Shown here in pieces: positions 61,531-64,000 of a stretch of 64,000 bases of DNA. Position numbers and translations under genes: made by a program. Origin of the DNA: an uncultured Chitinophaga sp. (GTDB lineage Bacteria > Bacteroidota > Bacteroidia > Chitinophagales > LD1). The notes beneath the pieces are model-generated. The model saw only the letters and a program-made list of their open reading frames with translations. It did no database searches and was not told the origin of the DNA. The first letter of the stretch is position 1, and the number at the start of each line of letters is the position of its first letter. Location of the stretch: the NCBI GenBank assembly GCA_964493695.1, contig CAZBPG010000001.1, positions 71,645 through 135,644 on the forward strand, in the 5' to 3' direction.

Positions 61531-62819
61531 GAAAATTAAAAGTTAAAAGTCAAAAGCTAAAAGTTAATGGCCTGATACTGCTGTTATCTTGTGTCTTGTG
61601 TCTTGTGTCCGTAATCTCTCTCGCTCAAACTTCTGCCAAGTTAAAGAAAGAGCAACTGCAGCAGCAGATGAAAAAACTGCAGGATGAGATTAAGACCATC
61701 GAAGCCGCTATCAAGAGCAACAGCGCGAAAAAACAAAAGAGCATGAGCGAGATTCTCTCACTGCAGGCTAAAATAAAATCGCGCGAAAACCTGATTGGCA
61801 ACATCAACAACCAGATTGGTGATTTAGATGAAAACATTGGCGAAACACAGGTGGCCATTGCAAAGAAAGCTGACGAGGTGGAGCAAATGAAAACAGAGTA
61901 TGCCGAAATGCTCCGCAAAAGCTACCGGAACATTGCCCTGCAAAATCAGGTGGTGTTTCTGCTTTCTTCCAATTCGTTTTACGATGCCATACGCAGATAC
62001 AATTACCTGCTGAAAGTTGCCGAGTACAGGAGAGGTCAGGCAAAAACGATTCAAAAAACTATTGGCGAACTGGAAGTAAAAAAAGAAGACCTGCTGGAGA
62101 ACAAACACGAGAAAGAAGATTTACTGGTAAAACAAACCGCGCAGAAAAAGGAACTGGAAAACGAACGAAAGCAAAAAGATGCTGCGGTGGCTTTGTTGCT
62201 GGAGAAAGAAAAAAAACTGCGCAGGTCGCAACAGGAAAAAAACAAAGCGGTGGCACAACTCAACAACCGCATTCAGACAATTATTGAAGAAGAGATTCGG
62301 CTGGCACGCGAAGCGGCTAAGAGAAATGCCGGTAGCACCAAAGACGTAGCTGTAAAAAAAGGAAGCAACGAAACCATGCCGCTTACACCGGCAGAGCAAG
62401 CACTGTCGAAAGATTTTTCGAACAACCAGGGCAAGTTGCCGTGGCCGGTGGTGCGGGGGCATATTGTTTCGCGTTTCGGCAAGCATGAGCATCCGGTGCT
62501 GAAAGGAGTGGTGATTGAAAACAACGGAGTGGATATTAAAACCGAAGCCGGTTCGGAGGCGCGCGCCCTGTTTGGTGGAACGGTGGCGAGTGTGTTTTAT
62601 TTACCCACCACACAAAATTGTGTGATTGTAAAACACGGTGAGTTTTTTACCGTGTATTCCAACATCGAAAATGTAGCGGTAAAGACCGGTCAGGCTTTAA
62701 CTACTAAACAGTCGCTCGGGAAACTGCACACCGATAAAAACGAAGACCTCACTAAGGTGCACCTCGAAATCTGGAAAGGAAAAGATAAGATGGACCCGCA
62801 GGGTTGGCTGGCGAATTGA
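61527..62819 (+). CDS. M23-family peptidase with long N-terminal coiled coil (EnvC-like murein hydrolase activator)
   Basis: 430 aa with about 250 aa of coiled coil followed by a LytM/M23 domain (GVDIK...VKHGEFFTVYSNI...HLEIW). Confidence 0.85.
   Translation: MRKLKVKSQKLKVNGLILLLSCVLCLVSVISLAQTSAKLKKEQLQQQMKKLQDEIKTIEAAIKSNSAKKQKSMSEILSLQAKIKSRENLIGNINNQIGDLDENIGETQVAIAKKADEVEQMKTEYAEMLRKSYRNIALQNQVVFLLSSNSFYDAIRRYNYLLKVAEYRRGQAKTIQKTIGELEVKKEDLLENKHEKEDLLVKQTAQKKELENERKQKDAAVALLLEKEKKLRRSQQEKNKAVAQLNNRIQTIIEEEIRLAREAAKRNAGSTKDVAVKKGSNETMPLTPAEQALSKDFSNNQGKLPWPVVRGHIVSRFGKHEHPVLKGVVIENNGVDIKTEAGSEARALFGGTVASVFYLPTTQNCVIVKHGEFFTVYSNIENVAVKTGQALTTKQSLGKLHTDKNEDLTKVHLEIWKGKDKMDPQGWLAN
61532..61610. 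repeat. Two-armed heptamer element at the DUF4292 / M23 peptidase junction
   Basis: (TTAAAAG/TCAAAAG/CTAAAAG)x4-5 at 61532-61567 and (TCTTGTG)x3 at 61587-61610. Confidence 0.9.
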
Positions 62820-62831
62820 CCCCCAACCCAA

Positions 62832-62878
62832 CCCCTAAATCCCCTAAAGGGGACTTACCCCCAACCCCCTAGAGGGGG
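62832..62878. repeat. Hairpin repeats CCCCTAAATCCCCTAAAGGGGA and CCCCCTAGAGGGGG between convergent genes
   Basis: The first is the reverse complement of 24122-24142. The second contains the stop codon of the 62869-63993 gene. Confidence 0.8.
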
Positions 62879-63993
62879 CTTTTAATTTGCCCTTTTTTCT
62901 TAGGGGTGATTCTGAATAGATACTTTATTCCTCCTTCCCCGTACGGATAATACACCTTCGGGTTTTTCACGCGCATGTTCAGGTCGCTGTTGTATTCGTT
63001 GAACGGAATAGCGCAGTGGAACGATGCAAATATTTCTAAGTTTTTTATCCGCCAGTCAGCGGTCAGCCCCGGTTCTATGTTCAGGAAGCCGAAAAATTTA
63101 TCGTAAGCTAAAATGTCTTGCAACCGGAGGCCGCGGGTGATGAAGGTGTTGTTATCGTGGCCGAACAAAAAGTAAATATCCGGTGTAAGGGTAAAGACCT
63201 TGGCACCAATTACGTTGTAAAAACAAAAATCTTTGCGCAACGAAAGGCCTATGCTGGCGGCATACGCCTGACCGGCTTCTTTGGTAATGTCCTTATAGTA
63301 AATTTTTCGGGGCGGCAGGTTTTGAGGAAACGGAGGCGGAAGTTTTACCTCTTTGTATTTTTTGCTGTTGAGGTTGCTGCTCCAGCTTATACCGGCATTT
63401 ACCGCCACAGTGAGGTAACGCCAGAAATCGAAACTGTTGTAAAGGCTGAATGAATTGTTGAGCAGGCCTTTCTGCACATCGTTGCCGTAAAAAACAAAGT
63501 TACGCGCGTAAGCAATACCAAAAGTCCACCGGTTGAAAAAAACACGGCTGAAACCCGGTGATACAAAAAGCGAAGGAACTTTGGCGCTTCGGCTGATAGT
63601 GGTGTCGGTAAAAAAATTCATTCCCATTGCTGCGTATAAACCCAACCGGTGGTAATACATAACCGAGGGCGTAAACATGGCACCGGTAAGGCCTGAGGCC
63701 CTGCCGTTAGAGAGGACCGGACCGGTGGCGTTCAGGCTTATCTCCACATGGCTGCTGCGGTTCATAAGCGCCACGGTGGTATCCACCGGTTTGCGGCTTT
63801 TATAACCAAGGGCGGCTTTTATCTGTTTTACTTCCAGCAGAAAAGAGTCTTTGTATTCTTCAAGTAAAGCGAGGTCTTCATCGCTTAAACTATCGAGCGA
63901 GATGATTTGGTATTTGGTGCTGTCGGGTACAGAGGCGGTTACCAGGCCGGTAAAAAACAAAAGCAGAAAAAGGGCGGACAGGGCAATGCGCAC
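62869..63993 (-). CDS. Secreted / outer-membrane protein of unknown function
   Basis: 374 aa with a signal peptide and an aromatic/Gly-rich beta pattern. Its last codons and stop lie inside a hairpin repeat. Confidence 0.45.
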   Translation of the reverse strand: MRIALSALFLLLFFTGLVTASVPDSTKYQIISLDSLSDEDLALLEEYKDSFLLEVKQIKAALGYKSRKPVDTTVALMNRSSHVEISLNATGPVLSNGRASGLTGAMFTPSVMYYHRLGLYAAMGMNFFTDTTISRSAKVPSLFVSPGFSRVFFNRWTFGIAYARNFVFYGNDVQKGLLNNSFSLYNSFDFWRYLTVAVNAGISWSSNLNSKKYKEVKLPPPFPQNLPPRKIYYKDITKEAGQAYAASIGLSLRKDFCFYNVIGAKVFTLTPDIYFLFGHDNNTFITRGLRLQDILAYDKFFGFLNIEPGLTADWRIKNLEIFASFHCAIPFNEYNSDLNMRVKNPKVYYPYGEGGIKYLFRITPKKKGQIKSPL

Positions 63994-64000
63994 CGGTTGG

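Noticed and set aside
1-64000. Prophage, integrative element or genomic island
   Set aside because: I recognised no integrase, transposase, tRNA attachment site, or phage structural or conjugation genes. The only compositional outliers are short (37.2 kb and 46.8 kb AT-rich tracts).

Overview
This is a 64-kb chromosomal segment that looks like a Bacteroidota genome. The assignment is an inference from the mutY-ssb-gldE-gldD arrangement, two proteins with T9SS C-terminal sorting domains, a TonB-dependent receptor, and Lpx/Lpt/Omp85 envelope genes. I call about 61 tightly packed protein-coding genes.

Gene content:
- Positions 617-15611 form a 15-kb run of genes all on the minus strand. It holds a TolC/RND/MFP efflux operon, a candidate organophosphate-scavenging block (2x PhoD-family, TonB receptor, LpxH-like metallophosphoesterase, PI-PLC-like lipoprotein), ybaB, a DUF433/PIN toxin-antitoxin (TA) pair and yajQ.
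- The rest is mostly housekeeping: GH3 beta-glucosidase, lpxD, purH, ALDH / ethanolamine-type permease / glutamine-synthetase-like ligase, hemD-like, DUF4271, Omp85, hemW, gldD/E, ssb, mutY, M42 peptidase, MNT/HepT TA, nadE, lptB, ispB-like, coaX, lptC-like, dut, and the TPR/DUF4292/M23 block.
- I recognised no rRNA, tRNA, CRISPR array, transposase, integrase or phage gene by eye.

I did not find a convincing novel multi-gene defence or biosynthetic system. The most unusual content is a dense population of small structured repeats:
1. Two-armed imperfect palindromes whose arms are tandem heptanucleotides. The architecture is the same at each locus but the sequence differs. Several sit exactly at gene junctions, where they are translated as the n- and h-regions of signal peptides (GldD, LptC-like, M23 peptidase, CapA-SPOR). 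Others lie in-frame inside nadE, purH and hemW.
2. Two different palindromic hairpin elements lie in-frame inside the GH3 glycosidase.
3. A roughly 550-bp intergenic array with a strict 21-bp phase, including phased T-tracts, lies between mutY and the M42 peptidase gene.
4. A 42-bp tandem array of 7.5 units with two alternating hairpin unit types lies between convergent genes.
5. Two T9SS paralogues share a near-identical 5' leader/divergent promoter and 3' CTD around unrelated middles.
6. An A10 homopolymer separates a Lys/Ala-rich start from the hemD-like ORF.

All functional calls rest on my reading of the translated ORFs. No database search or computation was run.
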